DNA of 19,804 nt, taken from contig CALKEP010000019.1 of the NCBI GenBank assembly GCA_938084645.1, forward strand, positions 1 to 19,804, given 5' to 3'. The notes beneath the pieces are model-generated. The model saw nothing but the letters and a program-made list of their open reading frames with translations. It made no database searches and was not told where the DNA came from. Positions 1 through 9,438 of the stretch are shown piece after piece; the first letter of the stretch is position 1, and the number at the start of each line of letters is the position of its first letter. The DNA is from an uncultured Phycisphaerales bacterium. Lineage in GTDB: Bacteria > Planctomycetota > Phycisphaerae > Phycisphaerales > SM1A02. Both the position numbers and the translations under genes were made by a program.

Positions 1-345
1 ATCCTGGACCTGAAACGTCGCGGAATGCTCGATGAGACGCTCGTGGTCTGGGGCGGCGAGTTCGGCCGGACCCCGGTCGCGCAGGATGGAAACGGTCGTG
101 ACCACAATCCGCACGGGTTCACCATGTGGATGGCGGGCGGTGGCGTGAAGCCCGGCTTCTCCTACGGCGCGACCGACGAATACGGCTTCTACGCGCTTGA
201 AGACAAGGTCCATGTCCACGATCTCCACGCGACGATGCTCGCCCTGCTCGGCGTCGATCACGAGCGACTGACGTATCGGGACGCGGGTCGCGACTTCCGG
301 CTCACCGACGTCGCCGGACGGGTCGTGTCCGAGATCTTCGCCTGA
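1..345 (+). CDS. DUF1501 domain-containing protein (sulfatase/alkaline-phosphatase-like), C-terminal part; 5' end lies outside the window
   Basis: The frame is open from base 1 ([25 protein letters not shown]...[17 protein letters not shown]...GATDEYG...[23 protein letters not shown]...GRDFRLTDV). These are the characteristic DUF1501 C-terminal motifs, so the ATG at 25 is internal. Confidence 0.92.
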   Translation: MLDLKRRGMLDETLVVWGGEFGRTPVAQDGNGRDHNPHGFTMWMAGGGVKPGFSYGATDEYGFYALEDKVHVHDLHATMLALLGVDHERLTYRDAGRDFRLTDVAGRVVSEIFA

Positions 346-420
346 GCGTCCGCGGCGGTTCGCCGGTCCGTTCCGACTCACGCTCCGGTCCATCGAGGGG
401 CCACGCCCCAGATTCGAAGG

Positions 421-1437
421 TCAGCCCGATGGCACGGTGACCGCAGGAGTCCGTACGACGATCCCTCCCGGGGCATCGACCCATCGTCCGTCGATCCGCA
501 GTGGTTCGCCGGTGGCACTCTCGACCACGCCGCCCGCGGCTCGAACCACCGCACAGCCCGCGGCGTGGTCCCAGCTCTTCTCCCGGTATCCCTCGCGGGC
601 GAGTCGCAGGTACAGATCGGCTCGCCCGCTCGCGACCATCGCATACTTGCACTGGCTGTCGATGCGGATGGGCGTCGTCGAGACACCGGTGGCTTCCAAC
701 GCGGCCGATGTTCGATCCTGATCGCCATGAGCCTTCTCGTAGGAGAGGCAGACGCGGACGGATCCCTCGGGCGGCGTCGCCGATACCGCGATCGGGGTGA
801 GCGATGCCATGTCGGTCGCGTCGGTACCACCGGCTCGCGCGCCCTCGCCGACGATCCCCGCATAGATGCTGCCCACGGAATCGGCGGTGCCGTAGTCGTC
901 GGCAACCTCGAGCGGGAGATGCGGACACCCGAGAAATCCGACGATGGGGGAATCGCCTTCGACGAGGCCGAGCGCGAGCGCGAACTGCTGGCCCCGAAGG
1001 AAACCCTTCGTACCGTCGATCGGATCGAGCGACCAGAAGACGTCCCGGCCTTCGGTCTCGGGATCGAGTCCGCCGGCATCGAGCAGTTCGCGGACCTCCG
1101 CCTCCCGGGTTGGCGCGGCGTCGGCGAGATTCGCATCCGCGAGGGCCTCGCCGGCGAGCCGGATGATCTGCTCGAGCATCTTCGAACCTCCCGCGTCGAG
1201 CGAATCCGAGCCTTCTTCACCGACGAGGCGGTCGGCGTGGGGGACGCCGGCCGCCCGCATGCCTGCGGTGACCGCCACCTGGACCGCGAGATCCGCGACG
1301 GTCACGGGACTTCGATCATCCTTCAGGAGATCGGCCAGCGACCCTCGCTCCGCGGCCGCCCGGCCGGCGACCCGGCTGGCGGCGGCGACCGCGATGAGGA
1401 CGGCATTCAGATTCAGGGAGTCGCGGGAGATCGGCAT
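421..1437 (-). CDS. 3'(2'),5'-bisphosphate nucleotidase, HAL2/SAL1-like (inositol monophosphatase superfamily), 338 aa
   Basis: Motifs DRSPVTVAD, GEE, WSLDPIDGTKGFLRG, LGCP, RIDSQCKY, YREKSWDHAAG..V..AGG. The DSQxKY and YREKxWDHAAG signatures are HAL2-type. Confidence 0.9.
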   Translation of the reverse strand: MPISRDSLNLNAVLIAVAAASRVAGRAAAERGSLADLLKDDRSPVTVADLAVQVAVTAGMRAAGVPHADRLVGEEGSDSLDAGGSKMLEQIIRLAGEALADANLADAAPTREAEVRELLDAGGLDPETEGRDVFWSLDPIDGTKGFLRGQQFALALGLVEGDSPIVGFLGCPHLPLEVADDYGTADSVGSIYAGIVGEGARAGGTDATDMASLTPIAVSATPPEGSVRVCLSYEKAHGDQDRTSAALEATGVSTTPIRIDSQCKYAMVASGRADLYLRLAREGYREKSWDHAAGCAVVRAAGGVVESATGEPLRIDGRWVDAPGGIVVRTPAVTVPSG

Positions 1438-1733
1438 GGGTCACTCTTGGTGAGTTCGGGCTGGCATCGAAGAATTCGATCGAATTGCCTGTTCATCGGT
1501 CCGCGGCCCGCCGTGAAGCCCGACTTTCGACCGATCGGGTCCGGATTCGTCGAATCGGATGCCCGGGATCGTCGGACCCGTCCGGGCGATCCGGTTCTCA
1601 AGCATCTCACGTCCAATCTCCGATGACACAGGGTTCGGAGCGCTGGCGTGGCGCTGTCTGTCTCGACGCGTGGAGACGCGTATTTGGATCGATGCGGTGC
1701 CTCCTCGGGCGTCGATCGCGACCGGTGCGCGTC

Positions 1734-3797
1734 ATGAAGGTCAATCAACTCCCGTTTCACCATCGGCTCGCGGGCCGGCTCGTGCTGTTCGTGGGGGTCC
1801 CGATCCTCGTGATTCTCGTGATCACGGGATTCACGAGCTTCGAACGTACCGGAGCGTTCTTCCGGGCATCCGTCGAACGGCAGGTGCTGGATGCCTCGCG
1901 TCTCGCGGCCTTCGATCTCGCGGATGAGAATCTCCAGGCGGTGACCGCGGCACGATCGTTGGCGCTGGCGGCGGAGACGGGTTACTACGGTGATCGCAGG
2001 CGAAGTCTCGAACTCGCTCGCCGGATGCTGGTCGGCACGCCCGCCTTTCAGGCCGCCTACTTCGGCTGGGAGCCTCGAGACGATGACGCGTCGTCCGACG
2101 TCGACGGTGCGACCGACGAACAGGGGCGCTTTCTTCCGTACTGGCGCCGCGACGATTCGGCGGCCACGGGCGTCTCACTCGAGCCGTTGGTCGACATGGA
2201 ATCGGCCGGAAGCCTCTACTACCAGGAGCCTCGACGCCTCTTCGAGGAGACCGGGGTCGCCTCGAGCGTGATCACGAAGCCGTACACCTACGGGGGCGTG
2301 CCGCTGATCGAGCAGACCCACCCGATCATCGTCGACGGAAGGTTCATGGGAATCGCGGGCGTCGATCGGTCCCTCGCCGATCTCGAGGGCCGTCTGCTGG
2401 CCCTTCGAGGAGAGCTCGGTGGAGAGAGCGATCTCTTCCTCGTGACGCGAGGTCGATTCATCGCGACCACGCTCGACGCCCGGGTCGATGCCTCGAGTCG
2501 TCTCCAGGAGACCGAGGTCGAGGCAAGTCCGTTCGCACCGCTCCTGTCCGAGTTCCAGCGGCGTGCGGCCGTATCCGACAGTTTCGTGATGGAGGCGACG
2601 GATCCGATGCTGGGAGTCCCCTGCATCTACGCGGTGAGCATGGTGCGGCCGGGGGACTGGACGCTGATCGTCCGACAGCCGGTGTCGGTGGCGGGTGCCT
2701 CCGCCCGGAACCTGCTGGTGAAGAACGCCGTCACGGTGGTCATCGGCCTGCTCGTGTGCGGCGGGATCCTGATTTTCGTGCTCCGGCCGACCATCGGTCG
2801 GATCGAACGGTCCGCGCACGCCGTCGAGCAGGTCGCGGACGGTCGGCTTTGCGCCGAGATCCGGTCCGATGACTCGAGAGACGAGACGGGCCGACTGGTG
2901 CGAGGCGTGGAGCGCATGACGTCACGACTTCGCGATCTCGCGGGCGACGTCGAAGGCGCACGCCGTGAACTCTGCGAGGTCGAGGCGGAAGTCGCCGAGA
3001 CGACGACTCGCGAAGCGGAGGTCGCCACCGGCTTCGCGGCGAGCGCCTCGGAGATCGCCGCCGCGGTGCGGGAGATCGCAGCGACCACCGAAGAACTCGC
3101 CGAGGAGGTTCGCCGGGTCGATCGCCGTGCGGCCGAGACGGCGCAGACCATGGATGCCGATCAATCACGACTCAGCGACATGTCGGTGTCGATGAACGCG
3201 GTCGAGTCGGCGACCAGCGAGGTCGCGGTTCGCCTCGGGGAGATCAACCGGCGAGCCGGTGAGATCACCGGTGTCGTCGACACGATCGGAAGAATCGCGG
3301 AGCAGACGAATCTCCTCTCCGTCAACGCCGCGATCGAGGCGGAGAAGGCCGGCGAGTACGGCACCGGATTTCTCGTGGTGGCCCGTGAAATCCGTCGACT
3401 CGCGGATCTCACCGCGAACGCGACGGGTGAGATCACCACCACGGTTCAGGAGATGCAGGCGGCGGTCTCGACCGGCGTCATGGAGATGGACCGGTACACC
3501 GACCGGGTCCGAAGGACGGTGGAGCAGACCGGGGAACTCTCGCAGAGTCTCGCGATCGCGATCGATTCGGCGGGCGAGAACGCGGTCGCGTTCGGCCGCG
3601 TGGCGGAAGGCGTCGGCTCCCAGGCGGCCGGCACCCGGCAGATCAACGAGGCCATGGGCGGGCTGACCAGCAGTGCGGACAGCGCCAACGAATCCTCCCA
3701 GCGACTCCAGGACGTCTCGGCACGACTCGGGCACGCCACCGAGATGCTCGGCCGGTCGTTGGCCGAGTGGGATCTGCGCAAGGATGGAGCGCCCTGA
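1734..3797 (+). CDS. wspA: Methyl-accepting chemoreceptor, WspA-like signalling domain with TM-dCache-TM-HAMP N-terminus (~687 aa)
   Basis: Hairpin tip IAEQTNLLSVNAAIEAEKAGEYGTGFLVVAREIRRLAD is WspA-type (EAEKAGEYG). It has two hydrophobic segments, a HAMP (DETGRLVRGVERM) and Cache-like motifs. The start is placed at ATG 1734, just before TM1; ATG 1692 is possible and the ORF-track start at 1485 is unlikely. Confidence 0.9.
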   Translation: MKVNQLPFHHRLAGRLVLFVGVPILVILVITGFTSFERTGAFFRASVERQVLDASRLAAFDLADENLQAVTAARSLALAAETGYYGDRRRSLELARRMLVGTPAFQAAYFGWEPRDDDASSDVDGATDEQGRFLPYWRRDDSAATGVSLEPLVDMESAGSLYYQEPRRLFEETGVASSVITKPYTYGGVPLIEQTHPIIVDGRFMGIAGVDRSLADLEGRLLALRGELGGESDLFLVTRGRFIATTLDARVDASSRLQETEVEASPFAPLLSEFQRRAAVSDSFVMEATDPMLGVPCIYAVSMVRPGDWTLIVRQPVSVAGASARNLLVKNAVTVVIGLLVCGGILIFVLRPTIGRIERSAHAVEQVADGRLCAEIRSDDSRDETGRLVRGVERMTSRLRDLAGDVEGARRELCEVEAEVAETTTREAEVATGFAASASEIAAAVREIAATTEELAEEVRRVDRRAAETAQTMDADQSRLSDMSVSMNAVESATSEVAVRLGEINRRAGEITGVVDTIGRIAEQTNLLSVNAAIEAEKAGEYGTGFLVVAREIRRLADLTANATGEITTTVQEMQAAVSTGVMEMDRYTDRVRRTVEQTGELSQSLAIAIDSAGENAVAFGRVAEGVGSQAAGTRQINEAMGGLTSSADSANESSQRLQDVSARLGHATEMLGRSLAEWDLRKDGAP

Positions 3798-4273
3798 TGC
3801 AGGTGCTTGAGCTGTCCATCGAAGGCAGGGGATTCGCCGTTCCGACCGCCCACGTCGAAGAAGTCGTTCCCATGGTCGAAACCCGCATCCTTCCGGAGTC
3901 GCCGAGTTGGATGATCGGCGTGTTCGATCACCGAGGGACACTGACGCCCTTGCTCGATCTGCATCTCCTCGTCAACGCGAGTCCAGCCCGATCGCTCGTG
4001 GGGAGTCGGATCATGGTGGTTCGAATGGCGATCGGCGAGTCGAACGACCCCGATGCGGAAAGGCGGGCGGTCGGGCTCCTGGCGGAGGCGGTGGAGGAGG
4101 TCGTGGAGGTGGACCCCGCCGACGAGAGCGACTTTTCGGGTCTGCGGACGGAGTCGCACGCCTATCTTGGGAGGGTGCTCCGGAAGAACGGCACGACGCT
4201 CCAGATGATCGATCCGGATCGCATCCTCGACGTCTCGCATCGCGAGATCCTCTTCGGTTCCACGACGGAATGA
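3797..4273 (+). CDS. wspB: CheW-type scaffold, WspB-like (158 aa)
   Basis: FAVPTAHVEEVVP...PESPSWMIGVFDHRGTLTPLLDL...RIMVV...VGLLAEAV...YLGRV. ATG 3797 overlaps the MCP stop (TGATG) and has GGAG upstream. Confidence 0.88.
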   Translation: MQVLELSIEGRGFAVPTAHVEEVVPMVETRILPESPSWMIGVFDHRGTLTPLLDLHLLVNASPARSLVGSRIMVVRMAIGESNDPDAERRAVGLLAEAVEEVVEVDPADESDFSGLRTESHAYLGRVLRKNGTTLQMIDPDRILDVSHREILFGSTTE

Positions 4274-5502
4274 CGACGCTCGTGATGGAACACACCGATC
4301 AGCTTCGACGCATCGCCGACCTGGCGGGTCTGGATTTCGGTCTGCTCGAGCAGCCCGCGATCCAGCGTTGGATCGACCGTCGTGCTTCCGTCCTCGACCT
4401 GACCGTGTCGGGGTACCACCAGAGACTGGTGTCGCTCGAATCCGAGCGCCGTCTCCTTTCCGAGCAGATCGCGGTGCCGGAGAGTTGGATCAACCGGTAT
4501 CCGGCATCGTTCGAACTCCTTCGGGAACGCGCGACGGAGTCGCTCCGGGGGAACGAGCGGTTTCGAGTCGTCAGTCTGGGCTGCGCAGCCGGCCAGGAAC
4601 CCTTCACGGTCGCCGCGGTGCTCGCCGACGCGGGGATTCCGCGCCATCGGATCGAGATCGTCGCGATGGATCGAAGTCGTTCCGCGATCGACGCCGCGAG
4701 ATCCGGACTCCTTCCGTCGATGGCGATTCGAGACGACGTCCCGACGCCATGGCGAACGAGATTCCAGTCTGAGGGCCGGGGTTGGCGGGTGGATCCCGAG
4801 CTTCAGGCGATGGTCGAGTTCGTGGAAGCGGACATCGTCACCGATCCGCTACCAGTGGCCGCCGCGAGCTGTGATGTGGTCCTGTGTCGAAACGTCCTGA
4901 TCTACCTCGCGGCGCCGGCCCGGCGTCGACTCTGCGCCCGAGCCGCCGAACTGATGAAGCCGGACGGGATCCTGCTCGCGGGTCATGCCGATCCCCCGGC
5001 GGATCTCGGAAACGTGCTGGAGCCGATCGATCTTCCGGGGGTCTTCGCATGGCGGGCGATCAGCGAGCGGGGCTCCGATCGACGGATGGCCGATGCCGCC
5101 GCTCGTCCGGTCCGGCCGTTCAGTTCGACGCCTGGCCCGCGTCCCGTTCCCAGAATCGCTCGGCCGGTGCGGGAACCGGATTCCCCGACTGCCGCCTCCG
5201 TCCGAAGACTCGCGGACGAGGGTCGCGTGGAAGAAGCCCGGATCGCGGGCGAAGCGTTGATCGAACGCGATCCCGACGACCTGGAGACCCGGCTCCTGCT
5301 CGCCTTCATCGAGCGTGACGACGGGCGAATCGACTCGGCCCGTGAACATCTGCGCCGGCTCCTCTACCTCTCGCCGGATCACTCCGCAGCGTTGTTGGCG
5401 ATGGTGTCCATCGCCGAAGCCGAGGGAGATCTCGCGGCCGCCGCGCGACATCGGCGCCGGCTTGATCGAGCGGACGAGGATTCCGGGGGGGCGTCTTCAT
5501 GA
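4270..5502 (+). CDS. wspC: CheR-type methyltransferase with C-terminal TPR region, WspC-like (~410 aa)
   Basis: VPESWINRYPASF, SLGCAAGQEPFT, CDVVLCRNVLIY and TPR-like ARE.LRRLLYLSPDHSAALL. The start overlaps the upstream stop (ATGA at 4270-4273); ATG 4285 is an alternative. Confidence 0.9.
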   Translation: MTTLVMEHTDQLRRIADLAGLDFGLLEQPAIQRWIDRRASVLDLTVSGYHQRLVSLESERRLLSEQIAVPESWINRYPASFELLRERATESLRGNERFRVVSLGCAAGQEPFTVAAVLADAGIPRHRIEIVAMDRSRSAIDAARSGLLPSMAIRDDVPTPWRTRFQSEGRGWRVDPELQAMVEFVEADIVTDPLPVAAASCDVVLCRNVLIYLAAPARRRLCARAAELMKPDGILLAGHADPPADLGNVLEPIDLPGVFAWRAISERGSDRRMADAAARPVRPFSSTPGPRPVPRIARPVREPDSPTAASVRRLADEGRVEEARIAGEALIERDPDDLETRLLLAFIERDDGRIDSAREHLRRLLYLSPDHSAALLAMVSIAEAEGDLAAAARHRRRLDRADEDSGGASS

Positions 5503-6086
5503 CCAATGCGAAGAACGAAGTCGTGGGCGAGGAATCGTCGGATCCCCGGGACGCGATGCGGCTGCTGCTGGAGCGGCCGATCGACGCGACCGGGCTCGCC
5601 GAGAACACCCGCCTGGTCGGGGACCGCCACGAAACGGTGCAGGCGGATGAAGTCACCGCGTTGATCGTGCGGATCGGCGGGGAATGGCTCGGCTTCGATG
5701 CGCAGTTCGCGGAGCGGGTCCATGGCCCGGGCGTCATTCGTCGCGTGCCGCATCGCCATTCGGAACATCTCGCCGGAATCGTGGTGGTCGACGGTGAGAT
5801 CGTGCCCGCCGCGAGACTCGACCGTCTTCTTGATCTCGTCGCCGACACCGCCCCGGTGGATCCCAGAATCGTGGTCATCGGTCCCGCGGATCGACGTTGG
5901 GCGGCTCCCGTCGACGAGGTCGAGGGTGTGATTCGACTTCCTCGCGTGGACGTGCTGAAACCGCCCGCGACCGTTGCGGGTTCGCTGCATCGACATACCA
6001 GCGGTCTCCTTCCGCTCGGCGATCGCCATGCCGCCCTGCTCGACTCCGACCGAATCCTCGATCTTCTCGATGGAGGTCTGCGATGA
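5499..6086 (+). CDS. wspD: Second CheW-type scaffold, WspD-like (195 aa)
   Basis: RIGGEWLG, IRRVPHR....LAGIVVVDGEIVP, WAAPVDEVEGV, LLDSDRIL. It sits between CheR-TPR and CheA with ATGA overlaps at both ends. Confidence 0.87.
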   Translation: MTNAKNEVVGEESSDPRDAMRLLLERPIDATGLAENTRLVGDRHETVQADEVTALIVRIGGEWLGFDAQFAERVHGPGVIRRVPHRHSEHLAGIVVVDGEIVPAARLDRLLDLVADTAPVDPRIVVIGPADRRWAAPVDEVEGVIRLPRVDVLKPPATVAGSLHRHTSGLLPLGDRHAALLDSDRILDLLDGGLR

Positions 6087-8404
6087 GTGATCTCGGCGGC
6101 TTCTCGATGTTCGATCTCTTCCGCGAAGAAGCGGAGACGCATTGTGCATCGCTCGAGGTCGGTCTCCTCCAGCTCGAGTCCGATCCCGGCGATGCGAACG
6201 TCGCGATCGAGCCGCTGATGCGCGCGGCGCATTCCGTCAAGGGGGCGGCGCGGATCATCGGAATCGACGTCGCGGTGGGTCTCGCGCATGCCATGGAGGA
6301 CGTGTTCGTCGCGGTCCAGGGTGGAGACGAGGAACTCTGCGGCGCACGGGTCGATCAACTGCTCGCGGGAACCGACCTGCTGCGCGGCCTGGCGTCGATC
6401 GAGGAATCCGCGATCGAGTCATGGTCCGCGGAACACGAGGCCGCCATCGTCGAGCTCGTCGATTCGCTCGGACAGCCGGCGAGTGCGGGTGGAGACGCGT
6501 CGAACGCCGCCGCGGCGGGACCGGTCGATCGCGTGCCGCCCGAACCGGACGATTCGACGGCGTTGGAACCGGCGGCTGCGGAGTCGAACGAGTCCATCGC
6601 ATCCGCCGAGACAGCGGGACCGCCGGCATCGGCGATTCCGGAGCCCTCGCCCAAGTCGAACGCGGTGACGGGATCGTCCGGTGAGGAGTCGCGAACGGTC
6701 CGAGTCGACTCGGGACGTCTGGAACGGATGATGCGCCTGGCCGGCGAGGTCATGGTGACATCGCGCCGTTTCCTCGATGTCCGCGAGCGGGTGGCGGGAC
6801 TGGACCGCCGTCTCGAATCGATGGAGGACGGCGTGGGTGCGGCGGTCCGCGAGGCCGGCGATCCGCTCCCCGGACTCCGGCGCGATGTCGACGAGGGTCG
6901 TCTTGCGGTCTCCGGGCTCGTCGAAGAACTCGACGGCCTTCTCAGGCGGACCGAGGAGATCTCCGCCGATCTCTATGGCCAGGTTCTCGGGAGTCGGATG
7001 CGACCGTTCGAGGATGGTGGCCATGGTTTCCCCCGAATGATCCGGGACCTCGCTCGAACGCTCGGCAAGAAGGTCCGGTTCGAGGTTCGTGGCGGGCGAA
7101 CCCGTGTCGATCGCGAGATCCTCACCGCCTTGGAGGCGCCGCTCACCCATGTCCTGCGGAACGCCGTCGATCACGGAATCGAAGTCCCCGACGTCCGGCG
7201 ATCGGCAGGCAAGGACGAGTCGGCGTCGCTCGTGCTCGAGGCGAGACACCAGGGTGGGATGCTGCTGGTCAAGGTCCATGACGACGGAGGTGGAATCGAT
7301 CCCGAGGCGCTCCGGCGCCGGATCGTCGAACGCGGGATGGTCGATCAGGCGATGGCGGACCAACTGGACGGGGCCGAGCTCCATGACTTCCTCTTCCTCC
7401 CCGGATTCTCGACGGCATCGGCGGTGACCGAGGTGTCGGGACGCGGGGTCGGGCTCGACGTGGTGCAGTCGATGGTGCACGAGGTCGGAGGCGCCGTCCG
7501 CGTCGAATCGACGCTCGGCGTGGGAACCACGTTCGAACTTCAACTGCCGGTCACTCGTTCCGTGGTCCGGGCCGCGTTGGTGGAGATGGATGGAGAACCG
7601 TTCGCGATGCCGCTCGCACGATTGGACCGCGTGCTCCGGGTGCCCGCATCGGATGTCACCACGGTCGAGGGAAGGCGTCAGTTCCCATACGAAGGCGGCA
7701 TGATCGGCATGATCCGGCTCTCGACGTTGCTGGAGTCGACCGGGTCCGAGGCGGATCCCGAGGTTGAGAGCGTGGTGGTGGTGGGCGACGCGTCGGCTCG
7801 GTACGGACTCGTGGTCGATCGCTTTCTCGGCGAACAGGACCTGGTGGTCCGACGTCTCGACGAGCGTTTCGGGCGAGTTCCTCACCTTGCTTCGGTCGCG
7901 ATACTCGACGACGGCAGTCCGCTGTTCATCATCGACGTCGAGGACGTCTTGAAATCGATCCACCAACTGCTCGGCGACGGTCGACTGCGTGGGACCGGTC
8001 GGGCGAAGTCCGTCGCGGGTTCCGAAAAGGTGACGCGGGTCCTCGTGGTCGAGGATTCGATGACGGTCCGGGAGGTCGAGCGACAGATCCTCGTCCAGAT
8101 GGGTCTGCACGTCGATGTCGCGGTCGACGGGGTCGACGGCTGGAATGCCCTGCAAGCCGGCTCGTACGATCTGGTGGTCACCGATGTCGACATGCCGCGG
8201 ATGAACGGAATCGAATTCGTGACCACGCTCCGTGCCGACGAGCGATTCAAGCGGATTCCCGTGGTGGTGGTGTCGTACAAGGACCGTGAGGAGGACCGTC
8301 TCGCCGGCATGCACGCCGGGGCGGATGCCTATCTCACCAAGGGGAGTTTCCGCGAGGGATCCTTCGTCGAAACGGTCCGCGATCTCCTGGGGATCGACGG
8401 ATGA
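6083..8404 (+). CDS. wspE: Hybrid CheA kinase (Hpt-dimerisation-HATPase-CheW-REC), WspE-like (773 aa)
   Basis: Hpt LMRAAHSVKGAAR; N box HVLRNAVDHGIE; G1 DDGGGID; F box FLPGFST; G2 SGRGVGLDVV; C-terminal REC VLVVEDS...VTDVDMP...SYKDREEDR...YLTK. GGAGG precedes ATG 6083. Confidence 0.95.
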   Translation: MSDLGGFSMFDLFREEAETHCASLEVGLLQLESDPGDANVAIEPLMRAAHSVKGAARIIGIDVAVGLAHAMEDVFVAVQGGDEELCGARVDQLLAGTDLLRGLASIEESAIESWSAEHEAAIVELVDSLGQPASAGGDASNAAAAGPVDRVPPEPDDSTALEPAAAESNESIASAETAGPPASAIPEPSPKSNAVTGSSGEESRTVRVDSGRLERMMRLAGEVMVTSRRFLDVRERVAGLDRRLESMEDGVGAAVREAGDPLPGLRRDVDEGRLAVSGLVEELDGLLRRTEEISADLYGQVLGSRMRPFEDGGHGFPRMIRDLARTLGKKVRFEVRGGRTRVDREILTALEAPLTHVLRNAVDHGIEVPDVRRSAGKDESASLVLEARHQGGMLLVKVHDDGGGIDPEALRRRIVERGMVDQAMADQLDGAELHDFLFLPGFSTASAVTEVSGRGVGLDVVQSMVHEVGGAVRVESTLGVGTTFELQLPVTRSVVRAALVEMDGEPFAMPLARLDRVLRVPASDVTTVEGRRQFPYEGGMIGMIRLSTLLESTGSEADPEVESVVVVGDASARYGLVVDRFLGEQDLVVRRLDERFGRVPHLASVAILDDGSPLFIIDVEDVLKSIHQLLGDGRLRGTGRAKSVAGSEKVTRVLVVEDSMTVREVERQILVQMGLHVDVAVDGVDGWNALQAGSYDLVVTDVDMPRMNGIEFVTTLRADERFKRIPVVVVSYKDREEDRLAGMHAGADAYLTKGSFREGSFVETVRDLLGIDG

Positions 8405-9438
8405 GAGTCGCGATCGTCAACGATCTCCGGATGGCGATCGAGACCCTGCGTCGGATCGTCGAGATGCAGGACGGCCTCGAGCTGGCGTGGATCGCGATGG
8501 ACGGTCGGGAAGCCGTGGAGAAGGCGAGTGAGGATCTCCCTGATCTGATCCTGATGGATCTGGTGATGCCCGAAATGGATGGTGAGACCGCGACGCGGAT
8601 CATCATGGAGCAGAACCCCTGCCCGATCCTCGTGGTGACCGCATCGGTGACCGGAAACTCGAGAAGGGTCGTCAAGGCGATGGCGGCCGGGGCGATCGAT
8701 GCGGTCGAGACGCCGACCTTCGGTCTCGATGGTCGATTCGCAGGAGACGGACCGCTTCTCGATCGAATCGAACGACTGAGGCGGGATCCATCGGGATTCT
8801 TCGGCGAGATCGTGGCGACGCCGCCCTCGACCACGAGGTCGGCCGCGACCGAACCTCCGCCGCCGGGGCGACCGTCGATCCTTCTGATCGGGGCCTCGAC
8901 GGGCGGGCCGCAGGCGATTCGCACGGTCCTCTCGGCTCTCCCACGCCCCCTTTCGATTCCGGTGGTCGTGGTGCAGCACATCGACCATCAGTTCGTGAGC
9001 GGCCTGGTCCGCTGGCTTCGGGAGGTCACCGAGCACACGGTGATCGAGTCCTCGCCCGGTGCGATCGAACCGGGGGCGGTCGTCGTCGCGTCCACGACCG
9101 ACCATCTGGTGCTGAACGATCACGAGTATGCTCACCGTCCGGATACCGAAGGCCGTCTCCACCGACCTTCGGTGGACGAACTCTTCGCATCGGCGGCGGA
9201 GACCTCGCTCCGGGGGATCGCGGTGCTGCTCACGGGCATGGGCACCGACGGGGCGGTGGGCCTCGAGCGACTTCGGGCCGCAGGGTGGCACACCGTCGCC
9301 CAGGACGAGGCCTCGAGTGCGGTCTGGGGGATGCCCGCCGCGGCGATCCGCGCGGGTGCCGCGATCGAGACGTTGCCGCTCGAGGAGATCGGATCGCACA
9401 TTGCTCGGCGGCTCGAAAGACCAGGAGAGAACAGATGA
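8401..9438 (+). CDS. wspF: REC-CheB methylesterase, WspF-like (345 aa)
   Basis: N-terminal AIVND (WspF-type REC) and LMDLVMP. The catalytic triad motifs GASTGGP, VQHID and LTGMGTDG are present, plus RPSVD and AQDEASSAVWGMP. Confidence 0.94.
   Translation: MRVAIVNDLRMAIETLRRIVEMQDGLELAWIAMDGREAVEKASEDLPDLILMDLVMPEMDGETATRIIMEQNPCPILVVTASVTGNSRRVVKAMAAGAIDAVETPTFGLDGRFAGDGPLLDRIERLRRDPSGFFGEIVATPPSTTRSAATEPPPPGRPSILLIGASTGGPQAIRTVLSALPRPLSIPVVVVQHIDHQFVSGLVRWLREVTEHTVIESSPGAIEPGAVVVASTTDHLVLNDHEYAHRPDTEGRLHRPSVDELFASAAETSLRGIAVLLTGMGTDGAVGLERLRAAGWHTVAQDEASSAVWGMPAAAIRAGAAIETLPLEEIGSHIARRLERPGENR

Noticed and set aside
1598..1626. Sigma28-like promoter candidates TCAAG-N16-TCCGATGA here and TCGAG-N15-GCCGATAG at 10700-10727
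   Set aside because: The spacers are 1-2 nt longer than the usual FliA spacing, each has mismatches, and CCGAT is very common in this DNA.
1485..1733. ORF-track N-terminal extensions (MCP from 1485; likewise 3767, 3907, 5897, 9285, 15766 and 16808)
   Set aside because: The extensions are Arg-rich and motif-free, and most overlap the upstream gene. Downstream starts fit stop/start overlaps, RBS-like words and domain boundaries.
5485..5491. G7 run at the wspC/wspD junction as a phase-variation tract
   Set aside because: It is too short to be convincing in high-GC DNA, the frames are intact, and it may simply serve as the wspD ribosome-binding region.
6470..6690. Ala/Pro/Ser/Glu-rich stretch in CheA as an insertion or repeat
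   Set aside because: It is an ordinary low-complexity linker after the Hpt domain of a P2-less CheA, and no tandem repeat unit is visible.
6419..8314. Long antisense ORFs (631 aa here; also 565-1626, 10962-12605, 13692-14816, 14819-16390 and 17195-19204)
   Set aside because: They lie opposite well-supported genes, have no recognisable motifs, and are expected shadows of high-GC codon usage.
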